From Paragordius varius (lineage: Eukaryota; Animalia; Nematomorpha): a stretch of DNA of 64,000 bases. The stretch is taken from positions 868,001 to 932,000 of the forward strand of contig OZ176055.1 of the NCBI GenBank assembly GCA_964247055.1, read 5' to 3'. The notes beneath the pieces were generated by a model. The model was not told the origin of the DNA, did no database searches, and saw only the letters and a program-made list of their open reading frames with translations. Below are positions 52,078-64,000 of this stretch, piece after piece (within the stretch, counting starts at the first letter, position 1; the number at the start of each line of letters is the position of its first letter). A program made the translations under genes and the position numbers.

Positions 52078-55000
52078 ATGGCTCGTATGTGCAATCATTG
52101 TACTCCTTGTTTTAGCAAATTTTGCATTGGCATTTTATACATTTTGATTCTTTTCATAAGCTGTCTTGACTTTTCCCTTGCTATATTTGATCCCAGTCAT
52201 GTTAAGTATGCGATAAATTGTGGAGGAGACGCCCACACAGATATCTTTGGTGTGAGGTATGAAAGGGACCCACTTAAAACTGGACATGCTCATATAGATA
52301 GTCAAAATATTCGACGAACTCCGAAACACGATATGATTCTTTACCAAAGTGAACGATGGAATGAAAATTCTTTTACGTATAAACTTAATAACATTCAAGA
52401 AGATGGCCAGTATGTGCTGGTCTTAAAATTTAGTGAAGTTTATTTCAAGGCCCCAAATCAAAAGGTATTTTATTATGTGATTATTGCTAATTTAAGTTTT
52501 ATTATTGAAACTTTCACGGATGTGAATTATATATGCCAAATAAAGTTTTAAATATATTAAAATATATCCAAAAATTAAGCACCTAAATAAATAATCAGAT
52601 TATTAATCAATGTATTAGGCTTGACTGTTTATATATAAACTTATAACCATTTGTCTAATCCTTTACCAACTGTTTAAAATCAATTATGTTACTGAAATAA
52701 TTAATTAACGGTATTTAACTAAATTCTTTGTTGGTATTTGGAAAAAACACATAAGAGACTTGGTTTGATCAATTACTTACCAGATGGATTTGCATTCGCA
52801 TATTAATTGAATAATAATTTTGTCCATAAAAAAGCTATCTGCAACGGTTATATATTTTTGCAGTGAAAACCCACACTTTAATTTTTGACCATAATTTTAT
52901 TTACCCACAAATAGATTTTTAACATCAAACTCAATCAAGATGTGATAATCCCAAACCTTGATATTTTTACCCGCTCCGGTTTTTGTCAATCACATGATGA
53001 ATACATTCCCTTCAATATATCCGGTGATAAGGCATATGTTGAAACTGAATTTGGGAAAACCGAAATAGATATTATGGATGGTTTATTCCTTACCCTTGAG
53101 AAAATTGTAATTATTTTTTGGTTTTTTTCTCTTGAATTTAAAATCTATACATTATTTTTCTCTATTGTAGGAACCATATGATAATCCCAAAATCAATGCA
53201 TTTTACATTTACAAAGGATCTCTTGACGGTAATTTCTTTGTTTGAAACGAAATTAGGACTTTTTTAACATTTTCAATCGTTTATTGAATAAGATAAATCA
53301 TGCTAAAACTTGCCATTTTACCATTTTCTGTTTTAATTTGGTGAAATTCGGTAAGTTTTTTTCTAAATCGCTCTAGGTTAAAAGTGTTTTATATTCAAAC
53401 CACAAGCTATATTAATTAATAAAATTCAAATCCGTTTTCCTTATGGTTTACAAATAATTAAAGAATATTGTCTTCTCATTTAGATAGATATATAGATAAA
53501 AAGATCAAAAATAGGTTAAAATAGTTTATAACTATTAAAAACACATTAATCAAAATAATTAGATGTACCTAAGCTCCCACCTATTGAAGAGGATGATCAT
53601 ATGAGCGATCCTTTAGACAGCGATGAGGAATATCGGAAAAGATCCGAATACGAAGACGGAGATGAAGACGAATTTGAAAATTTGGATGTTCCACATAATT
53701 TACATAAAGCAGACGATGAAATAATAACACGTGACCAAAAACAACGAATTGATTTGCTTAAACGGGCAAACGTGTTACGTGACGAGGAAGATGGTGATAA
53801 CTTGAGTTATGAGGTAACAAACATTGTTTTTATAAAATTAATTTTAAATTACAGTTACGAGCTTTATTATAGGCTATATGTGTATTGTAAATGATTAAAT
53901 ATTTAATTACCTGTCAGTATGTAGAATTCTTGTTTTTGTTAATTACCTAGTTTGTTAAACTGTGCATTTTTTCCACAATCTTTACCAATATAACTAATAA
54001 AACGAAAAATCTCATACATGACTACTGACATGTAAATTATATACACATTTAGCCATTTATAATACAGATATGGCCTATAATAGTGCTTGTTACTGTAATG
54101 AAAAAATTATTAATACCATTTGCTACTCCAGATTCACTCTTAAATATTGGAATACGTTTTAGAAATTGTTCTTTAACAGACTCCTTGAAACTTCAACGCT
54201 TTTCACTCTTAATATATTTTTTACCCTTTTTTATTTTTATACTAAAATTTTTTGGTTAGTAAATATACGGGTTAAATGTTTTTTTGTCCGTTTACGGCTT
54301 TTTATCGTTGGCTAATTAAAATATTTTAATATTAGTAAGATAAGGTTTTAAATAAAATAACTGTGCACAACACAAATGTTACAAAAATTGATTTGACTTA
54401 ATTGAATTTGGGTTTAAACTCTAAATATTTCTTTTTCCTTGCTGTCGAAAAGCTGTTTTAATATTTAATATTCGAAGTCGCGGCATTTCACCTAAGCGAA
54501 AAGATTTGATCCTAATCTAACGGATCTAAAAATATTTATAATATTGAAATATTTGATATATTTGTACGAAATTTTTGATTTTCTGATTTTGATAATTAAA
54601 TCTAGTAATTCGAATAATACATGCATCATAAATACTTAAATTCGTTTTAAAAAATTATGCATTGAACAATATCCTAATTTTTACATCTAAGCCCATCATA
54701 ATCATTTTTATAATTAAAATAAATTTTAATTAATATATGGTTTTTATTGTTCTTGTCTCATTTTGAGGGACGTTGTACGCTCAATTAAAACGATTAAAAC
54801 TTTTAAACTAAAACTCAAGAGCTAATTAATATATGCGCTGTTTATTATTAGCAACTAATGAGCGGGCCAGGGTCATTATAAACGGTTTCACTACAATTAC
54901 TAAATCTGTTATAATAACCATTTATTTTTAATTGATTTTTCATTTATACTTTATAAGTAATAAGTAAAAATTGGATTGGTTTATCAAATAATGTATGTGC

Positions 55001-55527
55001 TTTCCACCCTACGGAATTTAAATTACGCTATAAATGTTTATCAATATTTTATTATAAAAAATTAAAAGCAATTTTTTTAACGACTCTACAAGTTAAATAT
55101 AGTATTGTATTATTTGAAATGAAAATATAATAGAACATGTTGGGAAAATCATTAAATTTATCTCCTGTATTTCTAGAAAACTCTTGAAAGTTTTTGCGGT
55201 TTCGGTACTACTATGCTATATGTTTCACTCAAAAATTAAAAGTTGTTTTAGGTTTTTTATTATAATTAAGCTATTAACAATGTAACCCATTAAAATTTAG
55301 TAATTTTAAAATTTATTTATATTTAAAGGCTCCTTATGTTATAAAAATTGCTTTGAAAAGATGGCAATCACTTAATTTTTGACATTTTCTGTAAAAAAAT
55401 ATTTTTTTACCCACAGGAAGAAGATATAAAAAATCCATATGATGAAGACAGTTCAAGCCTTTTGATTCCTGTCGTGATTTGTGTTGCCGCCTTTGTACCC
55501 ATTTTATATCTTTTGTGCAAAATTTAG
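52078..55527 (+). CDS. MLEC: Malectin (ER Glc2-N-glycan lectin), 5 exons, about 332 aa
   Basis: Exons 52078-52464, 52915-53106, 53171-53228, 53563-53813, 55417-55527. Motifs YAINCGGDAHTDIFGVRYERDPL, LYQSERWN, GQYVLVLKFSEVYF, YDNPKINAFYI, DVPKLPP, an acidic linker, and C-terminal NPYDEDSSSLLIPVVICVAAFVPILYLLCKI. Confidence 0.95.
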
Positions 55528-55847
55528 TTTTGCCCTAAGCACAGCTGATAAATTTTATATGGAATATCTAATCAATCCCAAAAACCCTCTAACAAGTCAC
55601 ATATAAATGGACATTGAATATAACATATATGTAATATATCTTTTTCATCAACATTGTAACATACATTCTCATGTTTAGTAATAAATTTTTATTTTTTACT
55701 CATTAAGTGTAATATAATCATAATTTATTTTTTTTGGTGGTGTATATATTGTAAATAAAAAAATAATATTTTCATCAAATATAGTTCCCAAAGTGGGACA
55801 TCAAAAAAATTTGTGATCAATAAATTTTTCGTGACTTCCCAAAATTC

Positions 55848-56635
55848 TTAGCCTTGCATGGAATTTATAATGGCTAGTTGCCTAGCGGCCCTTTTTCTTT
55901 TTGGACAATATGTTATTGTATGAGCCGAATCGCCACTAGCATTACAAATAGGACAAGTATATTTGCGTAAAATTGGACACAAAATGTTTCCTTGTTGACT
56001 TTTTAGCCGATGCGTATTATACCAAGCTTCAGGTTCCCCGTTGTTTTTACAAAAAATGCAGTATAAACTTTTAAGTCCATTATTTTGGGGTTGAAAGCCA
56101 TCATCAGTAGTTGTTATGTTGTTAACATGATTTTTTTTATCGATGCCTTGAAAATACTGATGATGACTTATTTGACTATTATTATTATTATAAGAACTCT
56201 TCGTCGTTACTTTATCAAGGTTCGGTTTTTCCAATTGTTTGACGTAGCAATGCGGCACGTTTGAATCAAAAGAAAATTGTTCATTCACATTATAGCCTCC
56301 GTTGCTACTTATACTACTCGTAGATTGAGACCGATTATCTGAAAACGAATCATGTTTTTCGAAATCCGCTTGGCACAATCGCGTTTGGTCAAAATTGTTC
56401 AATACTTTCAGAACTAAAAGTTAATCTATATAATATATACTGTTTAAGTAATTTTCCAGGTTTTGTATATTGGACTGACTAAATTGATACGAATCTTGTT
56501 GAATTTGTGTCCCCATGTCTGTGTAAAAAAGCATTAACCAAAATAAGTTTTACCTAGCCTAGACTTTTCGTTCCACAGGTGTCTCAAATCATGTCCCTCA
56601 TTATTGATTGGGGTTTTATTGAACAAATACGACAT
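55848..56635 (-). CDS. nanos: Nanos (tandem CCHC zinc-finger translational repressor), 3 exons, about 241 aa
   Basis: Zinc fingers YCIFCKNNGE...HRLK...CPILRKYTCPICNASGDSAHTITYCP. Exons 56635-56554, 56518-56441, 56413-55848. The last exon has no Met before the fingers, so upstream exons are required. Confidence 0.93.
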
Positions 56636-59457
56636 TGATTCGAAAGGTGAAAATATGGTAAAACTCCAAAAAATCCGTTAAAAATAATGTGCAAAACGTA
56701 TCAGACGATAATTTGATTTGATGTTGGAATTAATCGTTTGGCGTACTTTATTTTTCCAATTTCGCTGTTTTTTCTCATATATGAACTTTGACTTGCCCAT
56801 TTTTTTATTTTTTTCTCCTTAACGGAAAAAAATCGAATGAAAACTTTTGTAAAAAGTTGTTTTAGAATTACATAATAATTTTGGATTAACTAATTATAAA
56901 TGAGTGATTAATAGACTCGAATTCTCCTTGTTTATGTCTTTCTTTTTTTTCTTTTGTTAATATTAGCCCCTTCAAAATTATACAATAAAAAACAAATCTA
57001 ATTAACTTTTTTTTAATAAACTAAATAATCAAAAAAAATAAATTATATAATATAATGAATGCCCTACAATTATAGGTTTTTTTACAAAAAAATAAGTAAT
57101 TTTAAACAATGTAAAATTAAATTTTAAGAACTTTGCGTCAACAATGTTTTATTTCTAATTTTACAACGGCTAATTTTATGAAAATGTAATAAAAATGGAT
57201 GATATTTATAAAGAGACTTGTGGTTTTAAAATATGTTTTTGTAATTAAATAGATGATTTATAATTTGGGGTATTTACTCAAATATCTATTTTACTGCTAT
57301 TATAATAAACAGTGTGAATAAGTTATACATTGAGAGAAAGTTATTATTTATTGCCAAATAGTAAATACAACAAAGGGCAGTATTATTGGTTTATAGTTAT
57401 TTTGTCACTTTTTACAATTATTAGTCAATAATAATGTCCTTTGTTGCAATTACTATTTGGAAATAATTAATAACTTTCTAACATTGTATACTAACTCATA
57501 TTGTAATTAATGTAATAGTTTTTATTTTAAAATTTCGAATGAATTCAAAATTTATGTGCTTTATTTTGCATGTAAAAGCAGTGTTATTCTTGTCATTGTT
57601 CAAATTAACAGTTCATTTTAAAAAAAATTTTTTAGAGTTCAATTACATAGTCTATTTCGATATTCAGTATTATATGAGTGCTGGAAAGAACATTAAAATA
57701 TGAATTCGGCTTGGAGTTGGTTTCACCAAATCAAGAAAATGTTACTAACTTTTTAAACAGATAGTAAGTTTTTATTAATAAAGGTCTCTCAAATTCCTGG
57801 AACATTTTTTTTAATCTTTTTTTAATCGGGATATTTTATACTTCTATGCCTATAATAAAATGAGCCTTTTAGTTTAACTTTCAATTATACGTTAAAAATA
57901 TATATAAGAATAAATTAATAGCATTAACTACTGTTTAATTTAAATTTAGTAACTGCCAATGTAAATATCATAAGATGTGCTAAATATTTTGATTAGGCTG
58001 ATATATATTCTTAGATCCATCACATGGAAAAAATTGTATATGATTGATATTGTAGTTATATTATCATTCAAATATGTAACAAAATCTTCTATCATGTTAG
58101 AGTTATTTCAGTACTTTTATTAAATATATATGCCTAGTGGAATAAATGAATATTGCATTATACAAACATTTTTCTGCGAAACTAACCGAATCAATCAATG
58201 AAATGAAAAACGAATATCTACAAATTTTAAGGATGGCATTTATTTGTTTTTATATGACATAAAGTCAAAATAAATTTTTTTAAATAAAATATTCCTGGAT
58301 ATTATTTTAAATTAAATCTAGACTTATGCATGATTAACTTATATAACATTGAGCTGCACTTGTACCTTATTTTACCATTCAACTTTTTTAACATTAAATG
58401 GCTTTTTTGCTTAAACTGATGTTGTGTTCGCTTGAAGGTGCTTTTCACAGAAAAATGAAATATGATCAAGCAAAGAATGCCAATAATCCAGCTTTGGAAA
58501 TTCTTATCGCTCATATGTGGGTTATCAATACGAATATTTGCCCAAGGATTTTATAATTATTTAATCGTATGTCAAATAAAAAAAATACTTACAGTAAAAA
58601 TTAATATTATGCGGACAAATGTAAATATCAACACAAATATTTTTTCTAAAAGACAACCATACTTTTTGAATTTTTTATAAATAACTTATTGTTTTAAACT
58701 CCAAAGTATAGAATAGAAATATTAACTGGTATCACAATCAATTATGTATTTTTCGATTGTAAATAGGTAGCTTATATGAACATTAAGGTTTTTAAAAGTA
58801 TGGTTGTCTGTGCGAAAAAAATATTTCTCTTTATATTTTTACGTTTTGTCTGTATAATTTAAATTTTTACTCTATCATTAATTTATTATAACACAAATTT
58901 ATTTTAATATACTCTTTAAATTTTGCCTAAAGGCTCTAAAATGCACATGTATTTGGATGAATATTATCGGCATCCAATTGTTAAAATATTTTTTACACGA
59001 ATAGAAACCTCCTCAAATGATATGATGTTAAAATAATACCATATGCATTTGGTTTATTCATAAAGCAAAAATATAGGTACTAATTTTACCATATTTACAA
59101 AAATTAATGATAAGCAAGCACCAAACGTTTTTAACTAATAATACAAACTTCTTAAACCCTATCCCTATGTTATAATAATTGTTTATCAGAAATTTAATAT
59201 TTTATACTTTAAATTTAAATATCTAAAAAAATATGTCAATATGAATTCAGGGAAAACAAATCCTTTGGCCTCTTATAAGTCTATCCCCAATCGGAAATGA
59301 AATGTTATTAACTTGCAGCCATTTTTTATTTTTTTAATAAACTTGTAAACATTTCAAAATTATAAATTTAAATAATTTTTATAGGCAAGGGAATGTTGTT
59401 TGTCAATAGATATCGTATTTCTCAAAAAAATATTCTTATGAAATATATGGTTGGTTA

Positions 59458-60200
59458 ATACCAAGTCATAAAAGACTTTTTGGATATAAATTTCACTATT
59501 TCTTTCCACTTTCTTCTATCTTTTACCTCTACATTGATATCGTTCAGTGTCATTTTGGTCTGTTCTTTTATCGTATCCAACCACCTCATCGGTGGTAGGC
59601 CTCGTTTCCTTTGTTCTTCTACCTTCCCAAACATTTTATCTACCAGAGAATTATTTCGCATGACATGACCAAAATATGTTTTCTTTCTTTTAGAATTAGA
59701 TGTTTGTTGTAGGCTTTACTTCTGTAGTTACCATTCTTAATTTTATCCTCCCAGTGTATCCTAGCATCCTACGCCAGCAACTCCTTTCTAAAGCCATGAG
59801 CCTTTCTTTATCCATTTTTCTAAGAGTCTAGCTCTCACATCCATATGTGGTGACCGGAGAACGAAACGGTATTCTTTTTTTGGTTTCAACTCTATGCTTT
59901 TGTTTTTTCAAATCTTTATTAGTGTGGTCATCGCTTCTTTACCCAATCCTATTCTCTTTCTGATGTCAGGAGTTGAAGAGCCAACCTCGGAAATTATAGC
60001 GCCCAAAAACGTTAATTGTTTAACTATTTCTATTTCCACTCCCTCTATAATAATTGTAGGCTTTTCTCCAGTACATAATATTTTGGTTTTGTTAGGGTTA
60101 AGCATAAGCTCAAACTTTAATTAATTTCTTAAAATCATTTACACTTTCAGCTATAAGAGTGGTATCGTCTGCCCTTTAATTATTGATTGTTCTCACTCCT
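59458..60200 (-). mobile_element. 5'-truncated, decayed RTE-clade (BovB-like) LINE fragment
   Basis: ADDTTLIAES, LNPNKTKIL, FLGAIISEVGSSTPDIRKRIGLGKEAM, YFGHVMRNNSL, RKRGLPPMRWLDTIK, DRRKWKEIV appear in the order of the RTE ORF2 C-terminus, with stops and frameshifts. Confidence 0.85.
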
Positions 60201-60210
60201 ATTTTTAATA

Positions 60211-60257
<47 letters not shown>

Positions 60258-60468
60258 TGCAAGTATCAGGATTGTGCTTTTTCTTTGGTGCTTACGAGTG
60301 AGATAAGAAGTGTATTTTGTGGTAACTGGTCCATTTCGAAAAGTCGCAAGACTAGTTGAAATGAGCAAACTTAATCACTTAAAATTTTAATTTAAATGTA
60401 AATATCCAGTTTTTTAATTGATGTTGCGGATCTCCGTATTTTTAGTTTTAAAAACCTTATCCGTTTAA

Positions 60469-61036
60469 CACTTCGATTCAAATTGGTTATCTAAATACCC
60501 CAGACTTAATTAAAATTAATATTTTTAAAAAAATACTGAAGGAAACGTTGCCAAAATTTATGCTCCTATCCTAATGTATATTATATAAATATGCCAAAAT
60601 ATCTTGATAAAATTTTGTTTTGAAAAAAAAAGCTCCATCTTAAACTACTTCGACGCCATTTTTATTATACAAAATTTTTGCAAAATATCGTCTTCATTTA
60701 ATTTTAAGGGTAACTAAATCTTATTTTTATATAAATTACATCTAATGATAGAAATAAAAAAAGGCGTTTATTTTGTATTATTTTTTAATTTTATAATTTG
60801 ACATATGTCACGTTGACGAAATTTTTCACCTTTCGGTTTTAGCTTAAAATAAGTAATATCAAGTATTTTTGAATAAAATTTTATATATATTTAAGTTTAT
60901 TAATGTTATATAATTGCAAAATTTTGTTATGGTTTCGATTCCTTCCATACTTTTTAAAGTATTTGATTTTAAACAGGCCTGGGGTGAACTACCCCAATTT
61001 GAATCGAAACTAAAAAAGGTGTGTTGTATCCAAGTG
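60469..61036 (+). mobile_element. TTAA-flanked MITE copy 4
   Basis: TTAA at 60465-60468 and 61037-61040; same body as the other copies. Confidence 0.85.
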
Positions 61037-61113
61037 TTAAAAAGGGTCCGAAAATTTGAGACCATCAGGGGGCACATCTAATAAAGTATTATAAATTTAA
61101 TGTTTTGGTTATA

Positions 61114-62084
61114 CACTGCGTTAAAAATTGGAAGCTATAAAATATAAGATGTTGAAAGGACATAAAGATGTATCAGGATTATCATGATGCTTTTGATAAT
61201 GACAATTACGAATAACATAAAAAAGATTCACTTTTGTGTTATGTGCTCCATATCAGAAAATGGTAAAATATAAAAGCATTTTTTCAAATAAAATATTTTT
61301 ATTAAAAGCTCAATTATTTACTCTAAAAAATTTTATCATAAACCTAAATAATACTTTATAGATGTGGGCTTTGAAAGCAAATTTTAGGCTCTTTTAAAAT
61401 GTAGTCTTTTTAAAACGCTAATATGGCGTGGCTCGAGAAAAATATTATGCTAAATTTTGATATCAACGAAAATATTTTTTATTACTGCAGATTTTTTCAG
61501 CTAATTTTCAGCAAAATGTTGAAGCGTACTTCATACTATTTAGAGGCATGATGAAAACGGGAAAATGGTTTATAATACTATAAAATTAATAAAAAAAACC
61601 AATCATTTTTTAGATAAGGTTGAAGACGAGCAAATATTTTAATTAGTTAGGATATAGAAATGCTTCTCGAAATAAATAAATCTTTTAGAAAAAAAGCGTT
61701 TTTATATCTTTTCTATAATGCCTCAAACTATAAAAAACGCTTCAACAATATTTTGCTAAAAAATATCTTTTTAAAAAGTAGTCATTTTTAAATAAATATT
61801 TATATTTGATATCAAGATAGCATATGGGACTTTCGAAAATTTTTAAAACACCTTTATTTAGTTTATGATATTGCATTATTTGGCATAAAGCATTTAGCTT
61901 TCATCAAAAAAAATTATTAAAAAATGTGCGCAATATTTGCCATAGCCATTTTGTGATAGCACTTGTTACAAAAGTGTAAATAATTTTCTTATATCACTCT
62001 AAGGGCCAAAACCGCTATTATAATCTTAAAAAATTTCCATATTATAATATATATATTTCAACAGGTTATTCATGTGGACCGATG
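61114..62084. mobile_element. Tc1/mariner-like non-autonomous foldback element (about 1 kb); partial relatives near 23.8-25.3, 44.2-45.0 and 50.3-51.0 kb
   Basis: Left end TA-CACTGCG. Right ends of relatives read GGACGCAGTG-TA (25309) and GGACGCTGTG-TA (51010). Shared internal inverted blocks (aaaagc.ccatgataat, cccatttagaagag). Confidence 0.55.
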
Positions 62085-62225
62085 TATATAAGATGAAATC
62101 GATTTACATTATATATTTTTTTTAAAAAAAATTAGTTATATATACCTCGGGTGTTATTTTGAAAAATTTAAAATTTTTTACATGTGTTTCAATTAAGCAT
62201 TAAACTATAAATATATATTGCTAAT

Positions 62226-62758
62226 ATGTCTCTAGACAAAAATAACTTTGAACAATCCGATATTCCCAAAAACATCACAACTAACCATGATATTCCACAA
62301 CCAGAACCACCTGGAGCCGTTTCAACTTCGTCCGAATCTAATGGTTTTGAAATACCAAACAAGAATATTAACCCTCCAATTCCTATGAATTCATTTAAAT
62401 TTACACCAGTGCCAATTATACCCGTTGTCATTTTTGAAATTATCATATTTGTAAGAGAAATTTGTTTTTTATTTTACTCACAATTTTTTTAAATTTAATA
62501 TTTGTTTGTTTTTTTCTGCATAGTTAGTTTTGATTGCGGCTTCATTTACGATAGAATCTTGGTGCATACGAGAAAAAGAATGCATTATATCGCCTTATAA
62601 CATTGTTCAACTTATTCACTTGGCCGTTTGGCTTACGTGCTGTTTTATCGATAGATTCCTGCATGCTGCTCATTACAAAAATAAAATGCAAGGACACCTT
62701 AATTTTTATTACACAACTCGATGGATTCGAAGATCGACTTTCTACGTTTTATCATTTG
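62226..62758 (+). CDS. TMEM192: Transmembrane protein 192 homologue (lysosomal), first two exons; gene continues beyond the window
   Basis: Exons 62226-62450 and 62524-62758. KFTPVPIIPVV and HYKNKMQGHLNFYYTTRWIRRSTFYVLSFG match remembered TMEM192 RFRPLPTV and [31 protein letters not shown]. Confidence 0.8.
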
Positions 62759-62819
62759 GTACAATTTATCTTTATGTTTTTTTTTTTTTGGGGGGGGGGG
62801 GGCTGTGAACGCTTTTTAA

Positions 62820-63394
62820 CACTTCGATCTAAATAGGGGTATATAAATACCCCAGACTAAATTTGATTTAAAGTTTTTAAAAAACAACTAAATGAAACGG
62901 TGCCAATTTAAATTTATGCTTCTATCCAAATAAAAATTATAGAATATGACAAAATATCTAAAATTTTGGTTATGAAAAAAAGTTCCATGTCAAACTGCTA
63001 TGACGCCATTTTATTTTAAAAATTTTTGCAAAATATTGTCCTTATTTAATTTTAAAGGTCAAATTAAAGCTAATATTTTATTTAAATTACATCTAACATT
63101 GATAGAAATAGAAAAAGCCGTTTATTTTGTATTATTTTTCAATTTTACCAGTGCACACATGTCACAGTGACCAAATTTTTACCTTTCGATTTTTGCTTAA
63201 AATAAGTAATATCAAGAATTTTGAATAATTTTTTTATATATTTCGGTTTATTAATGTTATATAAGTGCAAAATTTTGCAATGGTATCGATTCCTTCCACA
63301 TTTTTTCAAGAATTTAATTATAAACAGGCCTGGGGTATTTAACTACCCCAATTTGAGAAAGACTAAAATGAATGTGTTGTATGCAATAAAATTA
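62820..63394 (+). mobile_element. TTAA-flanked MITE copy 5 (right end degenerate), in TMEM192 intron 2
   Basis: TTAA at 62816-62819; body matches the other copies. Confidence 0.8.
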
Positions 63395-64000
63395 ACCAGC
63401 CAAACATTTAGAGTTAGACATATGTTTTTCAAAACGCAAAATTTACTATTTCAGTTAATTTAAAAGTTATTTACACTGAAAAAAAAGCAAATTGGTGAAT
63501 CTAGTTGTATAATTACTAAATATTATGGTTATTTATGGTTACAATTAATTGCTTTATTTACAAATTATAAAATTAGTTATTATTTCATGAAAGGTAAAAC
63601 CCAACTCTGACAAGTTATAACCGTATTTAATGAAATTGGACATGAAAAAATTGGCATTCGTAATAGTTTGCATTATGGCAAAAATTAAATAGTAAAACAA
63701 AATTTGGTGACTTATCCATTTAATAATTTTTACAATTGATACCATTTTTATATAACTTATTGTTTAAAATGGCAAAGTGTGTTAGAGATACATATATATG
63801 TTTAAGCAACAAAATCAATTCTATATATTACAATTCTAATTAAATAGCTTATATTGGAAACATTAAAGTTTGAAAAAGTATGGTTGTCTTTTGAAAAAAA
63901 TAATTGTCTTTATATTTTTACGCATATTGTCCGCATGATTTCAGTTTTACCTGCAAGATTAATAATCATATGTTTGGGCAAATTGTGGATTTTTTTTGAT

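Noticed and set aside
58380-58560. Minus-strand EFPKL...CEKH pattern hinting at another hAT remnant
   Set aside because: Similarity too weak, with multiple stops and no TIR or TSD found.

Overview
Very AT-rich animal (invertebrate-like) genomic DNA, roughly 20-25% GC by eye; the taxon cannot be determined from the sequence. I reconstructed spliced gene models by hand, using GT-AG boundaries, phase continuity and remembered orthologue alignments. They are: the 3' end of an unknown gene (+), pelota (-, 7 exons), an FGFR1OP2/SIKE homologue (+, 4 exons, head-to-head with pelota), an orphan Hox-type homeobox fragment (+), a greatly expanded activin/TGF-beta type II receptor (-), a 19-exon SLC5 (SMIT/SGLT-like) transporter (-), a secreted serine-protease homologue lacking the catalytic Ser (-), malectin (+), nanos (-) and the 5' part of TMEM192 (+). 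Introns and intergenic DNA are full of transposon relics: two hAT elements with intact 8-bp TSDs, several MITE families (TA- and TTAA-target) and two RTE-like LINE fragments. The most striking signals are obligatory 26-35 nt introns at gene 5' ends alongside kb-long introns, a MITE inserted exactly into a TAG splice acceptor, and a homeobox mixing central and posterior Hox features whose N-terminal arm is broken. No database searches were run, so gene names rest on motif recognition.
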